Assembly: GCA_965248265.1 (NCBI GenBank)
Contig: CBDFJF010000001.1
Coordinates: forward strand, 2,400,001 to 2,464,000
Source of the DNA: Candidatus Latescibacterota bacterium
GTDB taxonomy: Bacteria > Latescibacterota > UBA2968 > UBA8231
Length of the DNA stretch: 64,000 nucleotides
Reading direction: 5' to 3'
This document shows positions 20,391 to 30,248 of the stretch, in pieces (positions within the stretch are counted from its first letter, which is position 1; every line of letters starts with the position of its first letter). Under the pieces are notes generated by a model, which saw only the letters and a list, made by a program, of their open reading frames with translations, searched no databases and was not told the DNA's origin. The position numbers were made by a program, and so were the translations under genes.

Positions 20391-21454
20391 TTGAACTGGA
20401 AGCTGCCGGCAACCCGGAGTACCAGAATGACCACATGGCCAGGATCCTGGAGGATGGCTTCTCGTTCAGCGGGTTCGAACGAGACAAGCTCTATCTCAAC
20501 GACCGTGGCAACCGGTTCGTCGACATCTCAGGCCTTTCTGGGGTAGACGCGGTTAGCGACGGGCGCGGCGCGGCCTATGCTGATTTCGACAACGACGGCG
20601 ACAGCGACATCTTCCTGACCAGCCTGCAGGGACAGGCCCACCATCTGTTCCGCAACGATGTCGGTCAGCACCGTGGTTTCCTGCGGGTCACCCTGGACGG
20701 TCGCGACAGCGGGCACGACGCCTATGGTGCGCAGGTGCGGGTAAAGACTTCACAGGGAGTGCTCGCACGCATCAAGGCCGGCGGCAGTGGCTTCGTCTCG
20801 CAGAGCGATCCGAGATTGCTGTTCGGTCTCGGCGATGACGAGAGCGCCCAGTGGCTGGAGGTGCACTGGCCATCCGGCCTCACGCAACGATTCGGAGCGG
20901 TTGCGGCCGGTTCGTCGGTTCTGGTCCGAGAAGGCGCCGCACTCGAATACCTGCAGGAGCGCCGTTTTTCGCTGCCCGACCCGCTGGCTGCGGATGCGCT
21001 GGTTCATCAGGCTCTCGGACCACAACCTGGGGAACCGTTCCCGTCACTGACGCTCACCGACCTGCAGGGCACCAAGCTGGAATTGAGCGACCTGTCCCCT
21101 TCCTCCGGCCGGCCCCTCGTCGTCAACCTGTGGGCGACATGGTGTGTCCCCTGCCGTGTAGAGATGCCGCAGTTGGAGAAGCTCTACCCCAAGCTACAGG
21201 CCGCCGGGGTGGACCTGATCGGCATCAGCGTCGATTTCGCAGAAACTCGACGCAAGATCCCGTCTTATCTGAAGCGAATCGGCATCTCCTACCCCTCCTA
21301 TACCACCGACGAGAGCGGCCTCGAGCTGCTTTACTCTGGTGATCGACTGGTCGTTCCCATCACCTTCATACTCGATTCAGATTTTCGCGTTGACGAAATT
21401 CTAAGTGGCTGGAACGCTAAATCCGAAGCCCGCCTCCACGGCTTGCTCGAATAG
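20357..21454 (+). CDS. ASPIC/UnbV domain plus TlpA-like thioredoxin; in-frame continuation of the upstream ORF
   Basis: Same frame as the upstream ORF; SFSGFERD, DFDNDGDSD, GSGFVSQSDPRLLFGLG, VHWPSG, NLWATWCVPC; no RBS or signal peptide at GTG 20375. Confidence 0.85.
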   Translation, partial: SLFWRHVLASSVELEAAGNPEYQNDHMARILEDGFSFSGFERDKLYLNDRGNRFVDISGLSGVDAVSDGRGAAYADFDNDGDSDIFLTSLQGQAHHLFRNDVGQHRGFLRVTLDGRDSGHDAYGAQVRVKTSQGVLARIKAGGSGFVSQSDPRLLFGLGDDESAQWLEVHWPSGLTQRFGAVAAGSSVLVREGAALEYLQERRFSLPDPLAADALVHQALGPQPGEPFPSLTLTDLQGTKLELSDLSPSSGRPLVVNLWATWCVPCRVEMPQLEKLYPKLQAAGVDLIGISVDFAETRRKIPSYLKRIGISYPSYTTDESGLELLYSGDRLVVPITFILDSDFRVDEILSGWNAKSEARLHGLLE

Positions 21455-21549
21455 GCCTTTGATAGCCACACTCTCAACCCGCATTTGCTTCACTGCTCGT
21501 ATTCACTATGACGCTCCCCGATTGGAGTTAGCTCCTCATGCGTTAGCGC

Positions 21550-24500
21550 TCAGGCGGTCGCAGCTGCATCAGTCTCCCCTGCAAACCATTTGTAGAGCGC
21601 CGGCAGCACCAACAGGGTCAACATCGTCGAAGTCACCAGTCCACCAATAACCACCGTAGCTAGCGGACGCTGGACCTCCGAGCCCACGCCAGTGGCGAGC
21701 AGCAGCGGAATCAACCCCAGACTGGCCACCAGCGCCGTCATCAGTACCGGCCGCAACCTCCGCTCGGCCCCCCTAGCTGCCGCCTCCTCCAAGCCGAGAC
21801 CCTCGCCGCGCAGCTGGTTGATGTAAGACACCAGGACCACTCCATTGAGGACGGCCACTCCAAACAGCGCGATAAAACCAACGGAGGCCGGCACCGACAG
21901 GTTTTGCCCACTCAGCCAGAGCGCCACGATACCGCCCACCAGCGCCAGCGGGATGTTCAACAGAATGAGCGCGGCGTTCTTGAGTGAGTTGAAACTGGCG
22001 AACAGCAGCAGGAAGAGGGCAAACAGAGTTAACGGAACAACCACGGCCAATCTCTTGTTAGCTTCCTGCTGCAACCGAAACTGACCACCCCAGGTCACCA
22101 GATAACCCGGCGGCAGATTGACTCCCTCGTCGATGGCTCCGCGGGCTTCATCCACAAAACTGCCAATGTCGCGGTCCGTGACGTTGCACTGGATCGTGAT
22201 GAAGCGCTGACCCTTCTCGCGGGTGATCTGTCGAGGCCCGACCACTTCTTCGATGCGAGCCAACTGCACAAGCGGCACCTGGACCCCCTCCGGCGATTGT
22301 ACCAGCAGTTGGGCGATGGCCTCAGGTGTGTCGCGGTATTCGGGTGCGAAGCGCACTATAATGTCAAAGCGACGGATCCCCTCGAATACCTGACCGACCG
22401 TTTCACCACCCACAGCCGCACGAATCACGTGTTGAACGTCGGCGACATTGATGCCGTAGCGGGCTATCGCCTGACGGTCGATTCGGATCAGCAGTTGGGG
22501 CGTGCCGCTGACCTGATCGACCTGGACGTCGGCGGCTCCGGCCACCGTGCCCACGACCCGGGCGATCTCGTCGGCCTTCTCCTTGAGCACATCGAGATCG
22601 TCGCCAAAGAGCTTGATGGCCAGTTCGGCGCGTACCCCTTCCAGCAGCTCGTCAACGGCCATGGCGATGGGTTGGGTGAAACTCGTCGAAGCACCCGGGA
22701 TGTCGCCGAGCTCATCGCGAATGACGTGCTGCAGCTCTTCCTGTGTTTCGGCCGCACGCCACTCCTCCTTCGGTTTGAGCAGGATGTACATCTCGGCACT
22801 GTTGATCGGATCGGTATGCGCCCCAACCTCACCTCGGCCTATGCGCGAGACCACCCCTGTCACTTCGGCAATCCGCATGATTCGCTGTTCGACCAGCAGA
22901 GTGAGGCGAGTGCTCTCCGTCAGCGAGATGGACGGAGCCATCGTCAGGCGCAGCACTAGGGTCCCCTCCTGTAGTGCTGGAGTAAACTCCGATCCCAGGC
23001 GCGGAAAGAGAACAGCTCCCAGTACGACGAGGCTGGCGGCAAGACCCAAAGCCCGTGATCGATGAGCGACAAAGTGACGGAGTAGAGGTCTATACAGGGA
23101 TAGTACCCACTGAACGATGAGGCCCTCCCCTGCATCCACGCCCTCTTCTGTCCGGCGCTCGGGCGCCGACTGGCGCTTGGGCACGCGCAACAGCAAATAG
23201 GATAGCACCGGGGCCGCGAACAGTGCGAAGATCAGGGATCCCATCATCGCCATCGCCACCGTGTAGGCCAGAGGCCGAAAAGTCTTCCCCTCCACACCCT
23301 CGAGAGTGAACAGCGGCAGGAAAACCATGATGATGATGATGATGGCGAAGGCGATCGGCCTTCCGACTTCGACGCATGCCGCCGTTACCGTTTCGAGGCG
23401 CGATTGTGCGCTTGAACTCGCCCGCAGCATGCGATCGACGTTTTCGACGATGACGATAGTACCATCCACCATCATCCCGATGGCGATGGCCAATCCGCCC
23501 AGCGACATGAGGTTGGCCGACAGGCCGAAATAGTGCATGCCGAGCGTCGCGAAGAACAGGGAGAACGGGATGGCCAGCGCTACAACCACACTGGGGCGCA
23601 AGCTGCCCATGAACACCAGCAATACCAGCGTTACCAGGACGATGCCTTCGACCAGAGCATCCATCACGGTGGCTACACAGGCCGCAACAAGGGTTTTCTG
23701 CTCATAGTAAGGGACCAACCGGATCCCTTCAGGCAAGATGCGGTTGATCTCCACCATCTTCGCCTCGACTCGCTCGATCACCGTGGACGAATTGGCTCCC
23801 AAGAGCTTGACTACCATGCCGGCAACTACCTCACCAACACCGTCCCGCGTCTGCACACCGCGACGAGTCGCCCCGCCAATGCGCACTTCAGCCAGCTGGT
23901 TCAGAAAAATTGGTGTACCGTCGTTGGCTTTGACGACAATGCTCTGGATGTCCTCGATCGTCGACGCCAGACCTACCGAACGCACGACGTATTCCTCGGC
24001 GTCTTTCTCGATGAACTGAGCGCCAACGTTGAGGTTGTTGGCCTCGATGCGCTCGATAACTTCCTCAAGCGTGATCCCGTAGCGCAGCAATGAATTCGGA
24101 TCGACGACAACGTGGTACTGTCTTTCGTGACCGCCGATACCCAGCACCTCGGTCACACCTGGCACGGTCTGCAGGTGAAATTTGACCAGCCAGTCCTGAA
24201 TCGTGCGCAGCTCCTCGAGACTGCGCGAACCCGTTTCATCTTCCAGGTAATAGAACAGGATCAGTCCCATCCCGGTGGCAATAGGACCCATTGCTGGTTC
24301 GCCAAAGCCTTCCGGAATCTGCTCGCGAGCCTCCTGCAGGCGCTCGTTGACCAACTGGCGGGCGAAGTAGATATCCACCCCATCTTCGAAATAGATGTTG
24401 ACTACTGAGAGGCCAAAATTGGACACGGAGCGGACGTTCTCGATTCCCGGCAGACCGTTCATCACGGTCTCAATAGGATACGTTACGTAGGTCTCGATCT

Positions 24501-24678
24501 CCTCTGGTGCCAGGCCCTCGGTGACGGTAAACACTTGAACCAGGTTTGGTGAAACGTCCGGAAAAGCGTCAACCGGCAACTGGCGGGAGCTGTACACCCC
24601 CCCACCGATAACGGCAAGGCCGAGGACCAGCATCAGTAAGCGATTCCTTAGCGACAGATGTATAATGTGCTCTATCAC
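21550..24678 (-). CDS. czcA: CzcA/CusA-family heavy-metal RND permease
   Basis: LPVDAFPDVS, ANLMSLGGLAIAIG, EGKTFRPLA, RLRPVLMTA, GSEVQRPLA; GTG start with GGAGGA RBS. Confidence 0.92.
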   Translation of the reverse strand: MIEHIIHLSLRNRLLMLVLGLAVIGGGVYSSRQLPVDAFPDVSPNLVQVFTVTEGLAPEEIETYVTYPIETVMNGLPGIENVRSVSNFGLSVVNIYFEDGVDIYFARQLVNERLQEAREQIPEGFGEPAMGPIATGMGLILFYYLEDETGSRSLEELRTIQDWLVKFHLQTVPGVTEVLGIGGHERQYHVVVDPNSLLRYGITLEEVIERIEANNLNVGAQFIEKDAEEYVVRSVGLASTIEDIQSIVVKANDGTPIFLNQLAEVRIGGATRRGVQTRDGVGEVVAGMVVKLLGANSSTVIERVEAKMVEINRILPEGIRLVPYYEQKTLVAACVATVMDALVEGIVLVTLVLLVFMGSLRPSVVVALAIPFSLFFATLGMHYFGLSANLMSLGGLAIAIGMMVDGTIVIVENVDRMLRASSSAQSRLETVTAACVEVGRPIAFAIIIIIMVFLPLFTLEGVEGKTFRPLAYTVAMAMMGSLIFALFAAPVLSYLLLRVPKRQSAPERRTEEGVDAGEGLIVQWVLSLYRPLLRHFVAHRSRALGLAASLVVLGAVLFPRLGSEFTPALQEGTLVLRLTMAPSISLTESTRLTLLVEQRIMRIAEVTGVVSRIGRGEVGAHTDPINSAEMYILLKPKEEWRAAETQEELQHVIRDELGDIPGASTSFTQPIAMAVDELLEGVRAELAIKLFGDDLDVLKEKADEIARVVGTVAGAADVQVDQVSGTPQLLIRIDRQAIARYGINVADVQHVIRAAVGGETVGQVFEGIRRFDIIVRFAPEYRDTPEAIAQLLVQSPEGVQVPLVQLARIEEVVGPRQITREKGQRFITIQCNVTDRDIGSFVDEARGAIDEGVNLPPGYLVTWGGQFRLQQEANKRLAVVVPLTLFALFLLLFASFNSLKNAALILLNIPLALVGGIVALWLSGQNLSVPASVGFIALFGVAVLNGVVLVSYINQLRGEGLGLEEAAARGAERRLRPVLMTALVASLGLIPLLLATGVGSEVQRPLATVVIGGLVTSTMLTLLVLPALYKWFAGETDAAATA

Positions 24679-24699
24679 GAATTGTCCTCCCACCTGCCG

Positions 24700-25899
24700 T
24701 TAGTGGCCATGGCCATCGCCAAAATCGCCTTTGGACAGTTGGGCCTTCAACGTGAAGGCGCCATCCGCGACAAAACGCTGGCCCGGCCGCAACCCGGCGA
24801 GGACCTCCACGTGGGTCTGGTTGGTGCGGCCGATGCTGATAGGGTGCGGCTCGAGTCCCGCCGGCGTTTCGACAAACACCACCACCACGTCTTCCATCGT
24901 CTGCATGGCAGACCTTGGGATCGACAGCGGCACTTCGATCCGGTCGACCTCGATCTGGGCGGTGACGAACGAACCCGGTCGCCAGAGACCGTCGAGATTG
25001 CCCAGGACGATGCGCACCGAGGCGGTTCGTGTCGCCTCCTCGACGATGGGGCTGATGTATTCGATGCTCCCTGTTGCTTCTCCTCCACCGGGTCCGCCGC
25101 TGACGTGGACGGATTGGCCGACATGGAGGAAGGGTAGATCCTTCTGATACGCCGTAAGCTCCACCCAGACTGATCGCAGATCAACGATGACGAAAGCTTC
25201 CGTTTCGTCCCTGAGCATTTCTCCCTGGGCGATGTGTTTTTTTATGATCGTACCGGCAAACGGGGCAGCCATCTCATAGCGGGTAAAGAGCGCGTCGTCG
25301 TCGAAGGACAGGTTGGCCAGGTACTCGTGCGTGAAACCGAGGGCATGCAGTTTTTGTTCGGCCACCCGCTGTTCGATGCGGGCCTCCACCAGTCCCTTTT
25401 GTGCCTCCAGGTACATCCGTTCTGAGGAGATGCTCTGTCGCCACAGCTTTTCCTCACGGGCAAAGGTTGCTTTCGCCAGCGCCAAGCGTTCCACGGCTAC
25501 CAGGTAGGTCGACTTCAACTCGGAGAGTTCGCGGCTCTGGAGTACGGCAAGAACCTGGTTTTCATGGACTTGATCACCAACGTTGGCCAGCACCCGTTGC
25601 GCCACACCGGACACACGGGGGACCAGATGAGCCAGGCGGTCTGGATTCACCCGGATCTCTCCCGGCAGACTCACGTGCACTCCCAACACTCCAGGGCCGG
25701 CCGTCATCAACCGCACACCGAACTCCTCCTGCTCGGCCGCACTCATACGGACGACCATCTCGTCTTCATGCTCGTCGTGCTCGCCAGCATGGACATCCCC
25801 GTTGTGCGCATCCTCAGCGGCCGCTACTCCAAGCGGCCCCGTCGCCAGCAACCCGGTCGCCAACACCAAGACGTTCATCGTCATCAGTCTTCTCAACAT
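24700..25899 (-). CDS. czcB: CzcB-like periplasmic adaptor (His-rich termini)
   Basis: Signal peptide, HAGEHDEHE, APFAGTII, TRTASVR, WRPGSFV, C-terminal GHGH. Confidence 0.88.
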   Translation of the reverse strand: MLRRLMTMNVLVLATGLLATGPLGVAAAEDAHNGDVHAGEHDEHEDEMVVRMSAAEQEEFGVRLMTAGPGVLGVHVSLPGEIRVNPDRLAHLVPRVSGVAQRVLANVGDQVHENQVLAVLQSRELSELKSTYLVAVERLALAKATFAREEKLWRQSISSERMYLEAQKGLVEARIEQRVAEQKLHALGFTHEYLANLSFDDDALFTRYEMAAPFAGTIIKKHIAQGEMLRDETEAFVIVDLRSVWVELTAYQKDLPFLHVGQSVHVSGGPGGGEATGSIEYISPIVEEATRTASVRIVLGNLDGLWRPGSFVTAQIEVDRIEVPLSIPRSAMQTMEDVVVVFVETPAGLEPHPISIGRTNQTHVEVLAGLRPGQRFVADGAFTLKAQLSKGDFGDGHGH

Positions 25900-25900
25900 T

Positions 25901-27160
25901 TCAGTTCTCCAGACCGTCTGTCGTTATCGCTTTTCCAACCGCCCTTTCCAGATCTGCCACGGCAACTCGATGGTTGAATAGTGCTTCGGCGTATTCTTGC
26001 CTGACCGCGGTAAGCGTCCTCTGTGCTTCCAGTCGCTCCAGGTAGGTCACCTTACCCTCCGCATAACTCTGGCTGGCTACTTCGAAGGTGCGCTCTGCCT
26101 CGTGAATGATCCGGCTGTTGTACAGGCGCACCTGTGCGGCGGAAGTCTGCAGGTGCAGGAAAGCGCGCTCTACTTCGAACAAGACCCGATTCTGGATGAC
26201 CTCCAGCTCGGCCTCCGCCTGTCCCACCGAAGCCGTGGCCTCGGCCAGTTGACCTCGTTGCCGGGCAGCTGCCCACAATGGAAGCTCCAGCGACAAACCC
26301 ACGCGCCAAAAATCGTCTTTGCCGGCCGGATCCTGAACGGTTTGGCGGAACAGCCCTACGGTGACGTCGGGTACGAAAGCAGCTTTGGCCAGCGCCCGTT
26401 CACTTTGAGCGCTCTGCAATACCCATTCACCACCGAGAACGTCCGGACGGTGCTCGATCGCCGTTTGCTGGAGAGGCTCGAGTTCGAACTCAACCGCTTG
26501 ATATTCCAGTTCCCCTTCGATCTCCGCACTGGTTCCGCGCTGGCTTGCCAACAGCGTATTTAGTTCGGCCCCGAACACGGCGAGTTCGTTGGTTGCATTG
26601 GTAACGCGATTGGCGGCACGTCCAGCTTCCACTTCGGCGCGCAGCACCTCGAGTTGCGGCACATCACCCGCCTCCAGGCGCAGCTGCGCCTTGCGCAGGA
26701 AATCCTGGGCCAGGCGCAGATCCTGCTGGATGTAATCGAGTTTTTTCGATCCGAACAGCACACGATCGTAGGCCACCTTGACGCGGGTGCTGATGTCGAG
26801 GCGAGTCATCTCATACGCGCCCATGCGCACAGCCTCGGCAGCCTGTCGAGCTGCCGTACTCCGACCCCGCCATTTCAGTGGCGACTCGATCTGCTGTGTC
26901 ACCCCGAAGGCCCGCTCGCCGAAATCGTCGAGGCGGGTCATCCCCGGCATCTCCTCGTATTCCAATTTCAGTTCAGGATCAGGTATTGCGCGTGCCTGAG
27001 TCGAACGCGCCCGCGCAGCCTCCCACGCCTTCTGTCCCGCGATTACTTCGGGGTTGGCTTGCAGAGCTCTATCAATTGCCTCTTGTCGTGTCAGAGCATC
27101 TATTGTGCTGGCGAACGGGCCACCGAACGCCAGAGCGACGATGACGTACCTGGAGTACAT
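25901..27160 (-). CDS. TolC/CzcC-family outer membrane factor
   Basis: 'AIDRALQANP', two OEP repeats; GGAGGA RBS. Confidence 0.88.
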   Translation of the reverse strand: MYSRYVIVALAFGGPFASTIDALTRQEAIDRALQANPEVIAGQKAWEAARARSTQARAIPDPELKLEYEEMPGMTRLDDFGERAFGVTQQIESPLKWRGRSTAARQAAEAVRMGAYEMTRLDISTRVKVAYDRVLFGSKKLDYIQQDLRLAQDFLRKAQLRLEAGDVPQLEVLRAEVEAGRAANRVTNATNELAVFGAELNTLLASQRGTSAEIEGELEYQAVEFELEPLQQTAIEHRPDVLGGEWVLQSAQSERALAKAAFVPDVTVGLFRQTVQDPAGKDDFWRVGLSLELPLWAAARQRGQLAEATASVGQAEAELEVIQNRVLFEVERAFLHLQTSAAQVRLYNSRIIHEAERTFEVASQSYAEGKVTYLERLEAQRTLTAVRQEYAEALFNHRVAVADLERAVGKAITTDGLEN

Positions 27161-27257
27161 GTATTCCTCCCGATTCATGTTACCGTAGAGTCGTGTGATG
27201 GAACGTACCATGCCGGTTTCGACAGCTGTCGAGACGCCACAGAAACCGATGGGGGTT

Positions 27258-27295
27258 GATCAGATAGAGCAGATAGAGCAGATAGATCAGATCAG
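27258..27295. repeat. 9-bp tandem repeat (CAGATAGAG/T) abutting a stop codon
   Basis: GAT-CAGATAGAG-CAGATAGAG-CAGATAGAT-CAGATCAG. Confidence 0.85.
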
Positions 27296-27709
27296 GAGAA
27301 GGGTGCTGCTGAGGTGGAGCGGTACGGAGAGCAGAGCTTGTTGCTTGGCTGGGCCCGAGCGCCTTGCCTGTTGCGCGCCGAAAGGTGTTGGCTGCAGGAA
27401 AGCTATCACTGGAAGAAGTGAACCATGTAGGGCGCCTTGAACGGGTACGAAAACTGGCGGGATGGTAGCAAAATTCGTGTTGGTGAGCACCACATCGCGA
27501 CAGACGCCGCAGTGACCGGGAGCTACCTCTTGAAAGGCAGCGGCATCCGAGCAACTTCCCTCCACGGCTACCGAGGCCTCCACAGCGATATGTCCATCCG
27601 CACCCAGACACAGTACGAGATTTTGCATCGGACCTTGAGCTGCAAAGATACAGATCAGGATTGCCGCAAGCGCCGTCGTTGACCTGCCAAGGAGAGTGTG
27701 GATAGGCAT
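27287..27709 (-). CDS. Small Cys/His-containing exported protein heading the czc operon (CzcI-like position)
   Basis: Hydrophobic N-terminus, 'LVLCLGADGHIAVE', 'HCGVCRD', C-terminus 'LSSTLLLI'. Confidence 0.65.
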   Translation of the reverse strand: MPIHTLLGRSTTALAAILICIFAAQGPMQNLVLCLGADGHIAVEASVAVEGSCSDAAAFQEVAPGHCGVCRDVVLTNTNFATIPPVFVPVQGALHGSLLPVIAFLQPTPFGAQQARRSGPAKQQALLSVPLHLSSTLLLI

Positions 27710-27905
27710 GGCTATTACAATCGGCATTGGAGGATCGTTGTCAAGCCTTACTGCGGTGACTCAAACTTCAGCCGCAGAGTCTCATCGTCGTCTACAGCAC
27801 GGTTGCGTTGGCCGCATCGCTCGGCCCCACGCCTCTGGACATACATGCTGCCAGCCAATAACGTAATCGTACCATGCACATCGGCAATCAACCGGAGGTC
27901 AGGCG

Positions 27906-28481
27906 ATGCAGACCCGGAAACTGGGCGACACCAGCGTCGAAGTTTCGATCGTCGGAATCGGCGGCTGGCAGATGGGAGGTCCGGACACCCCGGACGGCAA
28001 CGGGCACAGCGAGGCCGTTATCGGACGAGCTATGGTGGGCCGGCGCGACCGCTGGGTCATCGCTACTAAGGGAGGCCGAGTCAAGAATCCGGAGAAACGG
28101 GGCGAGTACAAGGATTACTCCGCTTCCCACATCCGCGATGCTTGTGAGGCAAGCCTCGGACGGCTCGGCACCGACTACATCGATTTCTATCAACTACATG
28201 GTGATCTCCCCGACGAGGCCCTGGTTGAGGAGCATGCTGGGGGTCTGAATCTCTCCTTTCTATGGGAGGGCACGGGTAGGACACCGGCACAGGCTGCGCT
28301 GCGTTTCGTTGTGGACCAACCCGGCGTGACGGCTGCCATTCCCGGGACCAAGAAGATGGAGCATCTGGAAGACAACGTCGGTGCCACCGATGTCGCCCCG
28401 CTGACAGCAGAAGAGCTGCAGCGCGTGGAGGAAGTTGCCACCGCATTGGCTGAGAAACGCACTCACCAGCAGCGCCGCTAG
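27906..28481 (+). pseudogene. Aldo/keto reductase with two in-frame internal deletions
   Basis: 191 aa; AKR N- and C-termini intact, but the DTAxxYG catalytic segment and the central G-V-S/QxxYN region are missing; GGAGG RBS. Confidence 0.65.
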
Positions 28482-28535
28482 TTGATTGTTGTTTTCAACC
28501 TGACATGCCGCTTTAACAATATCGAAAGGCAGATC

Positions 28536-29501
28536 ATGAGTTCGATCTTGGAGCAACGTCCCTTCGGTAACACCGACTCCACGACCACAGCTCTCGGCCT
28601 GGGATGCGGCCACATCGCCAAGCACTCCTTCGCCACCGGCGTCGACACCATTCACCGGGCTCTCGAGCTCGGTGTGCGCTATTTCGATACGGCACCGTTC
28701 TACGGACGTGGGATGTCACAGGCCGTGCTCGGAGAGGCATTGCAGAATCGCACAGAAGAGTATTTGCTGGCAACGAAAGTGGGACGACTGCGCACACCAA
28801 AGCATTTCCGTTCGGCCGACGCGATACGGGCACAGCTGGACGAAAACCTGCGGCTGCTGCGTCGTCCAGATGTCGATGTGCTCCAAATTCACGAAGCGGA
28901 TTGGCATGCGTGGTGGTCCGACGTTCCCCGTCAAGACGAGAGCAGCAACGTCGACCACGCCATAGACTATGAATTCGATGAAGCCCCGGTTATGCGTGTG
29001 CTGCGCGAAGCCAGAGAGCAGGGCGTCTGCAAGGCGATTGGCGTCACCGGCAATTCCGCTGCCGATACCGCGTTCGTACTGCGCCATGTCGACGTCGACA
29101 CCTACCTGCTCGCTTTCAACTACAACCCCGTGGAGCGTGAGGCCCGCACCGAGTCATTCCCCCTGGCACGAGAGAAAGGCGTGGCGATGATTCTGGGAGG
29201 GGTGCTGACCCGAGGACAGCTCACTGCAAAGAGCGATGAGCTGTTCGAGTCGCCGCCCAAGTGGATGACGTCGCAAATCAGCGAGAGCCTGCGGGTCCTT
29301 TACAAGATCCACGACGACACCGGCATCTCGTTGCCGGCACTGGCGCTGAGATTCGTCCTTGCGGATCCAAGTGTCACCGTCGCCCTCATCGGCGCCGCCA
29401 CGCCTGCGGAAATCGAAGAGAACGTCGAGGCAGCTAGTGCAGGACCGCTGCCCGCAGATATTCATCAAGCTGTGGAAGACGTGGTGAAGGAGCCCGGTTA
29501 G
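28536..29501 (+). CDS. Aldo/keto reductase
   Basis: LGLGC, YFDTAPFYG, ATKVG, VLQIHE, IGVTG, ALRFVL. Confidence 0.92.
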   Translation: MSSILEQRPFGNTDSTTTALGLGCGHIAKHSFATGVDTIHRALELGVRYFDTAPFYGRGMSQAVLGEALQNRTEEYLLATKVGRLRTPKHFRSADAIRAQLDENLRLLRRPDVDVLQIHEADWHAWWSDVPRQDESSNVDHAIDYEFDEAPVMRVLREAREQGVCKAIGVTGNSAADTAFVLRHVDVDTYLLAFNYNPVEREARTESFPLAREKGVAMILGGVLTRGQLTAKSDELFESPPKWMTSQISESLRVLYKIHDDTGISLPALALRFVLADPSVTVALIGAATPAEIEENVEAASAGPLPADIHQAVEDVVKEPG

Positions 29502-30223
29502 TCACCCACCTTCACACTGCCCCAGGTCGGAGTAGCCACCGCCGTCGCCGACGGCGTTGTGAATTCGATTCGCAGGACCGGCCTCACGGTTGGATCTTCG
29601 TGCTCGCGGCTGTTGAATCGCTTGGCCGTGGTCCCTGATTCTTCGTTACCCCGTATCACCCAACCAAAGTTATTCTCCGGGTCATCAAACCATTCCTGAA
29701 CATCAGACACCAGCTGGTCTGTCGATTCCCATGTGTAGGAACCGACGTCGTCTATCGCCTGAACGGCGCTGACTGTTTCAGAGAAGACCCCACCGGCAAG
29801 CGCCCATGCTGCTCCGCCCGAGAAGGCGTGCGTCCAGGTAACATCGTTGTCGAGTGCCTCGGTGCCGGCCCCCTCCTCTACACTGGCGTTCGATTCGCCT
29901 TCACCCCAATCAGCCAGCACTCGGCGTAGTTCAACATCCCCGGTCTCCGATATACTCCGCGACATGTGCATCGTCAGCTCTGTTCGTTCGACTGTAGCAC
30001 CGGGGGGCAGAGCCGCTGACACGTCGAAGGCCACCAATCCGCGTCGAATGGAGCTTTTTGCGGTGTTGCCGGCGAAAAGATACTGACCTGCTCCATTGCT
30101 GAAGCGTCCCTCTTCATCCTCATAAAGCGTGTTGTCCTTGACCGGGGTCAGCTCGGTAGTTTCGGCTGCGATGAGGCTTGCCCCCAGCAGTACGCCAAAC
30201 GCAGCGACCATTGTCTTCAGCAT
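29498..30223 (-). CDS. Secreted DNRLRE/CBM96-like domain protein with a TWGxVK tail
   Basis: Signal peptide, 'KDNTLYE', 'RRGLVAFD', 'NNFGWVI', 'KRFNSRE...RPVLRI'. Confidence 0.8.
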   Translation of the reverse strand: MLKTMVAAFGVLLGASLIAAETTELTPVKDNTLYEDEEGRFSNGAGQYLFAGNTAKSSIRRGLVAFDVSAALPPGATVERTELTMHMSRSISETGDVELRRVLADWGEGESNASVEEGAGTEALDNDVTWTHAFSGGAAWALAGGVFSETVSAVQAIDDVGSYTWESTDQLVSDVQEWFDDPENNFGWVIRGNEESGTTAKRFNSREHEDPTVRPVLRIEFTTPSATAVATPTWGSVKVGD

Positions 30224-30248
30224 CTCAAACCAACCTTTCCATGCGTAC

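Noticed and set aside
27714-27744. MerR-type promoter (TTGACA-19 nt-TGTAAT, minus strand) for the czc leader
   Set aside because: The 19-nt spacer fits, but it has no dyad symmetry and no MerR gene is nearby. It may still be an ordinary or leaderless promoter.
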